Of a DNA stretch of 42,607 bases, positions 8,559 through 17,428 are shown piece after piece. This DNA is from a bacterium. Its GTDB lineage: Bacteria; Patescibacteriota; Microgenomatia; Woykebacterales; RBG-16-39-9b. Position numbers and translations under genes: made by a program. Each line of letters opens with the position of its first letter. Positions within the stretch are counted from its first letter, which is position 1. The DNA is taken from the NCBI GenBank assembly GCA_030690175.1, contig JAUYHE010000006.1:1-42607 (forward strand), read 5' to 3'. The notes under the pieces were generated by a model. The model was not told the DNA's origin. It saw only the letters and a list, made by a program, of their open reading frames with translations, and made no database searches.

Positions 8559-9761
8559 TTATTTCCAAATAATTTTTACTGACTTCCTCTTACCCACGTC
8601 GATAATAGTTTCGTTACCACTAATTTTTTTAATTAATTCTCGTGGATTGGCAACGAGCCGGCCGTCAACTTTTAAACCGCTGCTGCTTGCTAGTCTTACT
8701 GTTTCTGACACGCTGGAAGTTGCGCCAGAAATAGTAGCTAAAGACGCGTATGAAATAGGTAAAATAGAGCGTGATTGCACGGACGTTTGAACTGTACTGG
8801 TACGCTTCCCTTTTTGAAAAACTCTTTCGAATTCGATCGCGGCGGTTTTTGCGATTTTGTTACCGTTATAAATGCGCACGATCTCGTAGGCTAATTTTTT
8901 CTTAGCCTCCATTGGATTTAGCTCGACCTTTTTAATACTTGATTCAATTTTGCTAATTTCTGCATCGGAAATATCGGTCGCTAATTTCAGATATTTTATT
9001 ATCAAATTATCATTTATTGACATTATTTTACCGTACATATCATTTGGGTCGTTATCGATGTCCACCGTGTTATTGAAGGACTTACTCATTTTTCGGCCGT
9101 CAGTACCCTCCAAAAGTGGAGTCGTGATTACCAGTTTTTCTTTGGTTTTGTATATCTTTACTAGTTCTCGGCCAATGAGCATATTAAAGGTTTGATCAGT
9201 TGCCCCAATTTCTACATCTGCGTCCAAGGCCACACTATCGTAACCTTGTAATAATGGGTAGAGAAATTCCGAAACTGAAATAGGGTTCCCCTTTTTTAAC
9301 CTTTCCTGAAACAAATCCCTTTCCAATAACTGGGCTAGGGTAACGTGACTCACAATTTCGAGGAATTCTCTCGAATTTATTTTGTCCCACCAGGTTGAAT
9401 TATAAGTTATTTTGGGCGGATTGCTTGAAAAGCTAAGAATTTTTTGAACTTGGTTTTTGTAAGTATTGCTGTTTTTGACTATCTGTTCGCTGGTTAACAC
9501 CGGTCGTCGGGTATCTCTGCCAGAGGGGTCGCCAATCGCTCCAGTAAAATCTCCAACTACCAGAGTTACTTTATGGCCAAGATTTTGAAAGCTTTTTAGT
9601 AGCCGCAGCGGCACCGCGTGTCCAATATGAATTTTGGCGCCAGTGGGATCAATACCAAAATAAATCCGCAGTTTACGCCCACTTTTAAGCACTTCTTCGA
9701 GGCTTTCTTTTGATGGATAAATGTGTTCTGTCAACCGAAAAATTTGTGTTAAATCTGTCAT
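8559..9761 (-). CDS. tyrS: Tyrosine--tRNA ligase
   Basis: 400 aa with class I motifs HIGH (HIGHAVPL) and KMSKS, and a C-terminal S4-like domain. Confidence 0.95.
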   Translation of the reverse strand: MTDLTQIFRLTEHIYPSKESLEEVLKSGRKLRIYFGIDPTGAKIHIGHAVPLRLLKSFQNLGHKVTLVVGDFTGAIGDPSGRDTRRPVLTSEQIVKNSNTYKNQVQKILSFSSNPPKITYNSTWWDKINSREFLEIVSHVTLAQLLERDLFQERLKKGNPISVSEFLYPLLQGYDSVALDADVEIGATDQTFNMLIGRELVKIYKTKEKLVITTPLLEGTDGRKMSKSFNNTVDIDNDPNDMYGKIMSINDNLIIKYLKLATDISDAEISKIESSIKKVELNPMEAKKKLAYEIVRIYNGNKIAKTAAIEFERVFQKGKRTSTVQTSVQSRSILPISYASLATISGATSSVSETVRLASSSGLKVDGRLVANPRELIKKISGNETIIDVGKRKSVKIIWK

Positions 9762-9769
9762 ATCTTCAC

Positions 9770-9798
9770 ATATTATCGATTTTTGTGGTATAATACAA
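9770..9798 (-). promoter_or_regulatory. Candidate tyrS promoter
   Basis: Minus strand: TTGTAT (9798-9793), 17 nt, TAATAT (9775-9770). There are 8 nt to the ATG and no SD. It overlaps the divergent PBP promoter. Confidence 0.45.
9786..9794 (+). promoter_or_regulatory. Extended -10 promoter of the PBP gene
   Basis: TGgTATAAT, with 17 nt to the ATG at 9812 and no SD. Confidence 0.5.
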
Positions 9799-9811
9799 CC
9801 TTTGATAAACT

Positions 9812-12343
9812 ATGAATCCTTCTTTTACACCGGTTCCCCCTCGCATTAAAAAAATTCTTTCGCGTCGTAAGTCAAGACGCTGGCGTCTTCGGATAATTAG
9901 CGGTTTAATTACCGCGGGATTCGTTTTTTTGGTTCTTTTTGTTGTCATAGGCATAGTTGCCTTTGGTTTTTTTGCTAGAAACCTGCCATCACCAAATAAG
10001 CTTTCCGAGCGCAATTTTGAACAATCCACCAAGATTTATGACCGCAATGGAGTACTACTTTATAACGTTTTTGGTGATCAAAACCGCACTTTGGTGAAAC
10101 TAGATAAAATACCAAAGGATCTACAACACGCAACCGTGGCTATTGAGGACAGAAATTTTTACAAACACAAGGGATTTGATTTCTTTGGTCTTGCTCGTGT
10201 CCTGAAAGACGCTGTCTTTAAGAAAAAAATCACCGGGGGGTCTACTCTTACCCAACAGTTGGTTAAAAACGCCCTGCTTACACCGGAAAGAACCATTACT
10301 CGGAAGGCAAAGGAATTTATTTTGGCGGTTCAAATAGAGAGACGGTATAACAAAGACGAAATATTACAAATTTACCTAAACGAGATTCCTTACGGGGGTA
10401 CCGCTTGGGGGGCGGAAGCAGCTTCAGACCAATATTTTGGTAAACATGTTTGGGAATTAAATCTGGTTGAAAGCGCGATTTTGGCTGGTTTGCCGCAATT
10501 ACCCACGGTGTATTCCCCTTTTGGTTCAGATCCAGAAGCGTATATAAACAGAACAAAAGATGTATTACGAAGAATGAGGGAGGATAAATATATTACTAAG
10601 GAACAAGAAAAAAAATCTATTGAGCAATTGCCAAAGGTAAAATTTGCTGCTTTTGGTCAAGGTATCAAGGCCCCGCATTTTTCAATCTACGTAAAAAATC
10701 TTCTTGAGCAAAAATACGGCACACAAGTAGTCCAGGAAGGGGGGCTAAACGTAACGACGACGCTTGATCTAAAACTTCAAGACATGGCCCAAAAGGCAGT
10801 TCGTGATCAAGTTGCCGCCGAAGCAAGTTTGCGGGTGGGTAATGGTGCGGCGGTGATTGAAAATGTGAGAACTGGCGAGATCCTAGCTTGGGTTGGTTCG
10901 AAAGACTATTTCGCGAAAGATATTCCGGGCCAATTTGACATTGTATCCCAAGCCATAAGACAGCCTGGTAGTGCCCTAAAACCATTTAATTACCTAACTG
11001 GATTTGAAAAGGGCTACAACCCGGCAACCATGTATTTGGATATTCGTACCGATTTTGGTGGCGGTTATCACCCTGGTAACTATGACGACCGAGAACACGG
11101 CGCTCTCGCCGTCAGGTACGCGCTAGGTAATTCATATAATATACCCGCGGTTAAAATGTTAGCTGTGAACAGCCTGGAGGGGATGCTAGACACTCTAAAA
11201 AGAGTTGGTATTACGACTCTAAATGACCCGTCTCAATACGGGCTTTCACTTACTTTGGGCGGAGGCGCCATTAAATTAAAAGAGCTTACCAATGCCTATG
11301 CTGTCCTGGGTAATGGTGGAAAACTAGTTTCTCCAACAGTTATTTTAAAGGTCACCGACAACGATGGTAGTGTTATCGAAGAATACAAACCACCAAAGAG
11401 CCAAAAGCAAGTTGTCAAGCCAGAACATGCATATCTTATTAATAATATATTATCTGATCCGAGCGCAAAATACGCTGGTTATGGTACTTACTGGGCGGGG
11501 CTACTTAATTTTAGGAAAGATATTGCTGTAAAAACCGGAACAAGCGAGCAAAAAATAGATAACTGGACGTTTGGCTACTCTCCTACCTACGTAATTGGTA
11601 CATGGGTGGGAAACAATGACAACTCGCCCATGCACCCTTCTCTCTCGTCCGGAATTACTGGTGCAGCGCCGATTTATCGCACAATTTCAGCCCAACTTTT
11701 TGCCGATAAAAAAGTTGAGAATTGGGATAGACCCCCTGGTGTCGTAAATGCCCAAGTAGATGCCGTGTCAGGTATGAAGCCTGGAAAGCACAGCGGTCAG
11801 TTAAAAACAGAGGTATTCACGAAATGGCAGGTTCCTAGCCAAGAGGATGATATGCACAAAGAAGTACGGATCTGCAAACCAACTGGACTTCTGGCAAATG
11901 ATTCTTGTGAGGCGGCCGGAAAAGCGACCACGCAGGTTTATTTGGTAATGTACGACCCTTACACCAAAATATTTAGACCGTCCTTCAAGTATTGCCAGCC
12001 CTGCCCACCGACCCAGACAGATCCAAATGTATATACTCCAAAAGCAGATAACCTAACTGTCGTAATTACTACCCCAGAAGATAATGATCATGTTGGTAGC
12101 GCCTTTTCGGTAGTTGCCCAAGTTTCTGGACCAAATAAAATACTAGCCGTTCAGTTTTACCTAGATGATACCCTTAAATTTGAGAAGACGTCCGCTCCAT
12201 ACTCGGTTACTTTTTCAGGGTTATCGCCTGGGGATCACAAAATAAAAGTAATTGCTTTTGATGATGCTGGAGATTCGGTCGAAAAATCAATTGACGTAAC
12301 TGTAGGTGGTGGAGTCCCGCTTCTAACCAAGCCGCCTCCTTAA
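9812..12343 (+). CDS. Class A penicillin-binding protein (glycosyltransferase + transpeptidase) with C-terminal Ig-like domain
   Basis: 843 aa with an N-terminal TM helix. GT51 motifs: EDRNFYKHKGFD, GGSTLTQQL, RKAKEF. Transpeptidase motifs: SALKP, SYN, KTGT. The last ~90 aa look beta-sandwich-like. Confidence 0.9.
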   Translation: MNPSFTPVPPRIKKILSRRKSRRWRLRIISGLITAGFVFLVLFVVIGIVAFGFFARNLPSPNKLSERNFEQSTKIYDRNGVLLYNVFGDQNRTLVKLDKIPKDLQHATVAIEDRNFYKHKGFDFFGLARVLKDAVFKKKITGGSTLTQQLVKNALLTPERTITRKAKEFILAVQIERRYNKDEILQIYLNEIPYGGTAWGAEAASDQYFGKHVWELNLVESAILAGLPQLPTVYSPFGSDPEAYINRTKDVLRRMREDKYITKEQEKKSIEQLPKVKFAAFGQGIKAPHFSIYVKNLLEQKYGTQVVQEGGLNVTTTLDLKLQDMAQKAVRDQVAAEASLRVGNGAAVIENVRTGEILAWVGSKDYFAKDIPGQFDIVSQAIRQPGSALKPFNYLTGFEKGYNPATMYLDIRTDFGGGYHPGNYDDREHGALAVRYALGNSYNIPAVKMLAVNSLEGMLDTLKRVGITTLNDPSQYGLSLTLGGGAIKLKELTNAYAVLGNGGKLVSPTVILKVTDNDGSVIEEYKPPKSQKQVVKPEHAYLINNILSDPSAKYAGYGTYWAGLLNFRKDIAVKTGTSEQKIDNWTFGYSPTYVIGTWVGNNDNSPMHPSLSSGITGAAPIYRTISAQLFADKKVENWDRPPGVVNAQVDAVSGMKPGKHSGQLKTEVFTKWQVPSQEDDMHKEVRICKPTGLLANDSCEAAGKATTQVYLVMYDPYTKIFRPSFKYCQPCPPTQTDPNVYTPKADNLTVVITTPEDNDHVGSAFSVVAQVSGPNKILAVQFYLDDTLKFEKTSAPYSVTFSGLSPGDHKIKVIAFDDAGDSVEKSIDVTVGGGVPLLTKPPP

Positions 12344-12347
12344 CAGG

Positions 12348-14357
12348 CTAATTTGCCTTACCTTCCCGTATTATCACTCCGATTTTGACGAGCTCATCCA
12401 ATACTTGTTTTCTTATTTTTGCAATGTCAGCCTTATCTAAAGTACGACGTTGGGCAAAGTACTCGACACCAAGGAGTACGGCTCGCTTGTTGCCAAGTCT
12501 AGTATCCTCCAGAAGTTCTAAGCTGTAAAAATTTTTACCAGCTGCGGATTTGACGGCCTCATAAACACGCGCAAAAGGAAGGCTGTCGGGTAAAAACAGA
12601 GAAATATTTTCCTTGAGGGTAGGGAATTTGTGGATAGGGTGATAAAAAGGTTGAGTAGACATACTTTCCAGAGAGTCTTGATCTAATTCAAAGGCAAATA
12701 CAGGTGCGGTAATACCTATTTTGTTTAAAATGGTGCCTTCTACATCACCAAAAAAGCCCAATAGTTTAGAGCCAGAAAAAACATTAGCCGAATTCACACC
12801 CAAAGGTCCTTTACTTTCAGTTTTTTCAAACCGAAGGTCAGAAATACTTAGTTTTTTTAAAGCAGTTTCTAAAATCCCTTTAGCCTCTGCAAAATCTCGG
12901 CCGACAAAAACAGCACCAATTTTGTTTGGTTGATAATAAAGATCTGCAGCCTTTTTTTCCTTGGAAAAGACTTTGCCAGTTTCAAACAAAGAAAAACGAT
13001 CAAAATTTGCAACGTTTAAAGCAGCCGCCTCAACAAGTCCGATAAGTAATGTTGGTCGGAGATATTCAAAATCTATTACCAGACGGTTAGATATCTTTAG
13101 CGTTTCTTGCGTGGAGAGACCAAAGTTATCCAGCACTTGTCCACTGGTAAGTGAGCTGGAGTAGATTTCTTTAAGGCCTACACTTGAGAGCGCCTCTTTT
13201 ACCTGCTTCTCAAAATTTATTTGCTGGCTAGTTTCAATTGGTGGGCTACCGACAGGTAAAACCCTTGGAAAATTATTATAACCATAAATCCGGCCAACTT
13301 CTTCGGTGATATCAATTGGATCCTCAATGTCCGTTCTAAAAGTAGGTATTATTACTTTTAATATTTTTTCTTTCGTTGAAGTTTGCTGATTTACTGCAAA
13401 TCCAAGGCGCTTCAAAATATCAATAATCACCGGTCCGCTTATTTTGAGGCCAAGAACGTTTCTAATTAAAGATTCGGGTACTAGTAAGGATCTTTCCCTA
13501 ACCGGATAGTTAACGCTTTTTATAGAGGACGTCAACCGGCCAGAGACTATCGTTTGAATAAGATGTACGCTTCTCTCAAAGGCGTAGCGGTGACCAATTG
13601 GATCTAATTTCTTTTCAAAACGGTTTGAAGCTTCTGACCGCAGCCCTAGAGACGCCGAAGTGCGTCGAATTGAAAGAGGGTCATATAAGGGTACGTGAAG
13701 GACGACGGTTTCTGTACCCGTACTGACCTCGCTACTTTCGCTTCCCATTAGCCCAGCCAGGTCGATTATTTTTTCCTCGTCCTCAATAATGATTGCCCCA
13801 GCAGGTAAATCACGTCCGATACCATCCAAGGTAACAATTTTCTCTCCTTCAAGCGAAGAACGAAGTCGCATTTTCCCCTTGATCTTATCGTAATCAAAAG
13901 CGTGCATGGGTTGGCCAGTTTCGATCATAACGTAATTCGTGACGTCAACGATGTTATTGATACTCCTGACCCCGGATTTTTCGAGTCGAGAAACAAGCCA
14001 AGAGGGCGAGCTACCGACTCGGATGTTATCAATTACACCGAGGCTGTAAAAGGGACAAAGTTTATTTTCAGTTACTGTCAGCTCTACCTTTTTACCATCT
14101 TTACCAATACTGGTATCAGTAAATACGTCTGGAACAGTTAGTTTTTCTTTATAAATAGCCGCTATTTCCCTGGCGACTCCAATGACCGACAAGCAGTCCG
14201 CGCGGTTGGGAGTGATTTCAAAATCAAAAACTGTATCACCAGAAATATTTTCAATACTTTCAACTTTTGTCCCGGAAAGTTGTAAATCTTCAGCAAGACG
14301 CTCCGCTGGATTATTTATTTTTACGAAATCTTCTAGCCAAGAAATAGGTAGCTTCAT
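12348..14357 (-). CDS. pheT: Phenylalanine--tRNA ligase beta subunit (no N-terminal OB tRNA-binding domain)
   Basis: 669 aa with ITPNRADCLSVIGVARE, B3/4 and B5 regions and a C-terminal FDX-ACB-like end. Only ~8 aa lie between the N-terminal helix and the ITPNRADC block. Confidence 0.95.
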   Translation of the reverse strand: MKLPISWLEDFVKINNPAERLAEDLQLSGTKVESIENISGDTVFDFEITPNRADCLSVIGVAREIAAIYKEKLTVPDVFTDTSIGKDGKKVELTVTENKLCPFYSLGVIDNIRVGSSPSWLVSRLEKSGVRSINNIVDVTNYVMIETGQPMHAFDYDKIKGKMRLRSSLEGEKIVTLDGIGRDLPAGAIIIEDEEKIIDLAGLMGSESSEVSTGTETVVLHVPLYDPLSIRRTSASLGLRSEASNRFEKKLDPIGHRYAFERSVHLIQTIVSGRLTSSIKSVNYPVRERSLLVPESLIRNVLGLKISGPVIIDILKRLGFAVNQQTSTKEKILKVIIPTFRTDIEDPIDITEEVGRIYGYNNFPRVLPVGSPPIETSQQINFEKQVKEALSSVGLKEIYSSSLTSGQVLDNFGLSTQETLKISNRLVIDFEYLRPTLLIGLVEAAALNVANFDRFSLFETGKVFSKEKKAADLYYQPNKIGAVFVGRDFAEAKGILETALKKLSISDLRFEKTESKGPLGVNSANVFSGSKLLGFFGDVEGTILNKIGITAPVFAFELDQDSLESMSTQPFYHPIHKFPTLKENISLFLPDSLPFARVYEAVKSAAGKNFYSLELLEDTRLGNKRAVLLGVEYFAQRRTLDKADIAKIRKQVLDELVKIGVIIREGKAN

Positions 14358-14360
14358 TTT

Positions 14361-15332
14361 TTAAAATTGGGTGAGAAATCGCAGGTCGTTCTTGTAGAGA
14401 ACTCTTATATCGTGGATTCCGTACTTAATCATTGCCAATCGATCAAGCCCCATGCCAAAGGCCCAACCGCGGAATTTATCTTGGTCAATTTTGCCGTTTT
14501 TTAACACATTTGGGTGGACCATGCCAGCACCTAGGATCTCAATCCACCCTTTTTCAGGATGAAACACTTCGACCTCAATCGAAGGTTCAGTATAAGGAAA
14601 ATTGTGCCCGTAAATTCTAATTTTAGACTTCTCGCCGAAAAATTTTTTTGCAAAATAATCTAAACTACCTAATAGGTCTGTCATACTCGTTGTCGCATCT
14701 ACTAGCAAACCTTCCAGTTGATAAAAGGACGGTAGGTGGGTAGCATCTGGCATATCGCGTCGGTAAGCTCGGCCGGGAAAAAGAACCCTTACTGGCGGCT
14801 GATGAGTTTCCAAATACCTAACCTGCATATTACTGGTGTGAGTGCGTAGAAGCGTATCTGTATTTATATAATAAGTTTGTTGGACATCTCTAGCTGGGTG
14901 ATCCGGAGGCATATTTAACTTCTGAAAATTATAAAGATCGCTATCAACTTCGGGCCCATCTACCCAACTAAAACCAAGATAGTGAAAAATCGCCTTCACC
15001 TCTTCAATTACTAAAGTGAGCGGGTGCAAACTACCAACGTCGGTTTTTTTACCCGGAGTAGTAACATCTACATCTGGTCTAATTTTTTCTGATTCGGTTT
15101 TGGTTTTATCGGCTAAAACCCTTTCGATTGCTGAGCGGACCTCGGTGACTTTTGATCCAATCCCCCGTCTTTTAGATACAGGAAGTTTTGGAATCTCCTG
15201 AGTGACCCTTACAAGAAAACCGTTCCGGCGACCTAAGTATTTTATACGTAGTTGGTCAATATCTCTGGGAATTTTGACACCCTGCGCTTCCTCGTAAAAA
15301 TTAGAAAGAATTTTATCCAGATCTATCTTCAT
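14361..15332 (-). CDS. pheS: Phenylalanine--tRNA ligase alpha subunit
   Basis: 323 aa with class II motifs (HPLT..., FPGRAYRRD, GAGMVHPNVL, GWAFGMGLDRLAM). Confidence 0.95.
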   Translation of the reverse strand: MKIDLDKILSNFYEEAQGVKIPRDIDQLRIKYLGRRNGFLVRVTQEIPKLPVSKRRGIGSKVTEVRSAIERVLADKTKTESEKIRPDVDVTTPGKKTDVGSLHPLTLVIEEVKAIFHYLGFSWVDGPEVDSDLYNFQKLNMPPDHPARDVQQTYYINTDTLLRTHTSNMQVRYLETHQPPVRVLFPGRAYRRDMPDATHLPSFYQLEGLLVDATTSMTDLLGSLDYFAKKFFGEKSKIRIYGHNFPYTEPSIEVEVFHPEKGWIEILGAGMVHPNVLKNGKIDQDKFRGWAFGMGLDRLAMIKYGIHDIRVLYKNDLRFLTQF

Positions 15333-15343
15333 ATATCACTCTG

Positions 15344-15352
15344 ATTCTATCA
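15344..15352 (-). promoter_or_regulatory. Proximal extended -10 promoter of pheS
   Basis: Minus strand: TGaTAGAAT. There are 11 nt to the pheS ATG and no SD. Confidence 0.45.
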
Positions 15353-15384
15353 TAGTGCTGGTTGAGATTAGAAGGGATTAATCT

Positions 15385-15449
15385 AAAAAAAAATTAGCCC
15401 CAAAATGGGAAGCTCACGCCTGCCCTACATGAGCTCCCCAACTTGGGGC
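15385..15449 (-). terminator. Intrinsic terminator between rplT and pheS
   Basis: Minus strand: GCCCCAAGTTGGGGAGCTCA...TGAGCTTCCCATTTTGGGGC, a long imperfect hairpin (15449-15397), followed by CTAA and T9 (15393-15385). Confidence 0.75.
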
Positions 15450-15461
15450 CAAAAAAACAGT
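15385..15461 (-). ncRNA. Candidate ~75-nt promoter-to-terminator transcript (small RNA or attenuator leader)
   Basis: The predicted +1 is about 15461, 7 nt after TAAAAT. The RNA would consist of U7, a 53-nt hairpin and U9. No family was recognised. Confidence 0.3.
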
Positions 15462-15467
15462 GCATAA

Positions 15468-15496
15468 ATTTTAGCATGGTATGTCAGTGATGTCAA
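15468..15496 (-). promoter_or_regulatory. Consensus promoter firing into the 15449-15385 terminator
   Basis: Minus strand: TTGACA (15496-15491), 17 nt, TAAAAT (15473-15468). Confidence 0.65.
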
Positions 15497-15609
15497 GACT
15501 ATAAGTCTGATATGAGCCAATATTGGCCGTAGAAATCTAGCGAGTGTCAAATATTCTTCGAGTATAGTTAATATCTATCAGTTAGTGATAAACCTAGGAG
15601 ACAAAGTAA

Positions 15610-15957
15610 TTAGGATTTAATTTTGGCCAGGATTTGCTTAAAGGTATCCGGATCAGATAGAGCAATATCAGCTAATATTTTTCTATCCAATGAAATTTCG
15701 GCTTTCTTTAAGCCACCTATAAATTTATTATAAGAAATCTCTTCCTTATTAAGAGCGGCGCTGATTTTGGTTATCCAAAGACTTCTTTTTTGCCTCTTTT
15801 TTTGTTTGCGACCGGCAAAGGCGTACGCACCGGCATGAAGAACAGCCTCTTTAGCGGTTCTCACCAACCGACTCCTCGCGCCCCGATAGCCTTTAGCGCT
15901 TTTAAGAATTTTCTTATGACGTTTTCCTTTGGTTAAACCCTTTTTTACTCTGGCCAT
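15610..15957 (-). CDS. rplT: 50S ribosomal protein L20
   Basis: MARVKKGLTKGKRHKKILKSAKGYRG is the typical L20 N-terminus. The ATG at 15957 is preferred over the TTG at 15969 used by the ORF track. Confidence 0.95.
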   Translation of the reverse strand: MARVKKGLTKGKRHKKILKSAKGYRGARSRLVRTAKEAVLHAGAYAFAGRKQKKRQKRSLWITKISAALNKEEISYNKFIGGLKKAEISLDRKILADIALSDPDTFKQILAKIKS

Positions 15958-15958
15958 C

Positions 15959-16150
15959 TTAGAGTCCAATAAGCCGCTTCATTCTTTTTTTAGCTTTGCC
16001 AACAAGAACGGTTGGTTCTTTTTGGCGTCGGATCCGGCTTTTACTTTTCTTTCTTTTTAGATGCGAAGAATAAGCGTGACCTCGTAGCAGTTTTCCTTTA
16101 GAAGTCACCTTAAACCTTTTCACAGCTGTTTTTTTGGCTTTTTGCTTCAT
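15959..16150 (-). CDS. rpmI: 50S ribosomal protein L35
   Basis: 63 aa, very basic, containing KRFKVTSKGKLLRGHAYSSH. Confidence 0.9.
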   Translation of the reverse strand: MKQKAKKTAVKRFKVTSKGKLLRGHAYSSHLKRKKSKSRIRRQKEPTVLVGKAKKRMKRLIGL

Positions 16151-16156
16151 AAATCG

Positions 16157-16669
16157 TTACCCTTTTTTATACTTTAAACTCAAACTTAAATTTCTACCAA
16201 CTAGTTTTGCCCCCACATCCTTTTCAGCTATATCAACCAGTTTTTCCTCCAGGCTTTTTAAGATTTTATATCCAAATTCGGGATGAATAATTTCCCGGCC
16301 GCCAAATTTTACCGTTAGTTTTACCCTGTCTCCCCCGGACAGGAAATGTCTTGCTCGATCGGTTCTGACCTGCAAATCATGTTCACTCATGAGGGGTCCT
16401 AGCCAAATCTCCTTTGTGGTTGCTTCTTTAGTTTTTCTTTTGGCGACTCGTTCCTTCTTTGCTTCCTCGTATTTAAATTTTTTAAAATCGACTACGCGCA
16501 CTACTGGTGGATTTGCCTTTGGAGCAATTTCAACTAAGTCTAAAGACGCGTCTCGTGCTTTTTCCCGGGCTTCTTGAATAGAAACTATACCTACCTGCTT
16601 CCCTTCTCGATCAATAAGGCGTACTTCTTTGGCAAGGATATTATGGTTGATTCGGTAGAATCTTCCTAT
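16157..16669 (-). CDS. infC: Translation initiation factor IF-3 (non-canonical ATA start)
   Basis: The tracked ORF holds only the C-domain. The same frame stays open upstream and encodes the N-domain (RINHNILAKEVRLIDREGKQVGIVSIQEAREKARDASLDLVEIAP). It is bounded by an in-frame TAA (16675-16673). ATA at 16669 lies 10 nt after GGAGG, with no ATG/GTG/TTG available. Confidence 0.85.
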   Translation of the reverse strand: MGRFYRINHNILAKEVRLIDREGKQVGIVSIQEAREKARDASLDLVEIAPKANPPVVRVVDFKKFKYEEAKKERVAKRKTKEATTKEIWLGPLMSEHDLQVRTDRARHFLSGGDRVKLTVKFGGREIIHPEFGYKILKSLEEKLVDIAEKDVGAKLVGRNLSLSLKYKKG

Positions 16670-16736
16670 TTTTTAGGTTCCTCCTTGGACCTTTGTAAAA
16701 AGAAACTATCCATATTTTAAAAGAATTAGAATGCAT

Positions 16737-16766
16737 AGTCTACCAAACATGGGAGTTCGCTGTCAA
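16737..16766 (-). promoter_or_regulatory. Promoter of infC-rpmI-rplT
   Basis: Minus strand: TTGACA (16766-16761, overlapping the tsaC TGA stop), 18 nt, TGgTAGACT (-10 at 16742-16737). The leader is ~60 nt and carries GGAGG. Confidence 0.5.
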
Positions 16767-17428
16767 TTTAGTTTAGGCTCCTCTTCATTAGAAAATATTT
16801 TCTCGATTTGTTGGACGCTTACTGGACCCTCTCGTAGAATAAGGGGTTTTTTCTTCGTAAAATCAACGATGGTGGATGGAGAAACCCTTTTCAACCTACC
16901 AGCATCGAGTATCAAGTCAACTAATTCTATTTTCTTGTCGTCTAGTTCCACTAACACCTCTTCGACCGAATATGGCGCCTTACGGCCTGATCTATTTGCT
17001 GAAGTTGCGGTGTAGGGTCGTCCCAGCTCTCTAGCCAACAACTTGTTCACAGCCAGAGCGGGTATTCTGATTCCGACGGTTGGTTTTCCACCAGTTAGAA
17101 TCTCGGGGAGCAGACCATCTCTTTTTTTCAAGACGATGGTTAAAGGACCAGGCAAAAATTTATCAGCCAACGCTAGCGACCGTTGGTTTAAAAAAGCGTA
17201 TTTTTTGGCCATTTCGATATCAGCAACAACGATGTGGATAGGTTTTCCCCTGCTTCTTCCCTTGATATCAAATATTTTTTTGATAGCAGACGGATTTGTT
17301 GCATCGGCAGCAAGTAAATAGGCCGTATCAGTGGGACAAATTACTAATCCTCCTTTCTCTAAGATGCGGGTTGCGGTACTTACTACTTTCAGGTCTGGGT
17401 TAGCTGGATCGATAGATATTTTTTGCAT
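16763..17428 (-). CDS. tsaC: L-threonylcarbamoyladenylate synthase (TsaC/YwlC, YrdC-domain)
   Basis: 221 aa with PTDTAYLLAADA, KGRSRGKPI, PGPLTIVL and TATSANRSG motifs. Confidence 0.9.
   Translation of the reverse strand: MQKISIDPANPDLKVVSTATRILEKGGLVICPTDTAYLLAADATNPSAIKKIFDIKGRSRGKPIHIVVADIEMAKKYAFLNQRSLALADKFLPGPLTIVLKKRDGLLPEILTGGKPTVGIRIPALAVNKLLARELGRPYTATSANRSGRKAPYSVEEVLVELDDKKIELVDLILDAGRLKRVSPSTIVDFTKKKPLILREGPVSVQQIEKIFSNEEEPKLN

Noticed and set aside
8444-9811. T-box riboswitch leaders upstream of tyrS (and also thrS and pheS).
   Set aside because: The upstream spacers are 8-60 nt, far too short for a T-box leader, and no AGGGUGGNACCGCG-like T-box sequence was seen.
15394-15465. 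A pheL-like Phe-rich leader peptide controlling pheST attenuation.
   Set aside because: It is kept only as a side note. It has 4 Phe in 23 codons, but its ATG lies 2 nt after the -10 of the local promoter, so it is absent from that transcript. There is no SD, and the ORF spans the whole terminator rather than offering alternative pairings.
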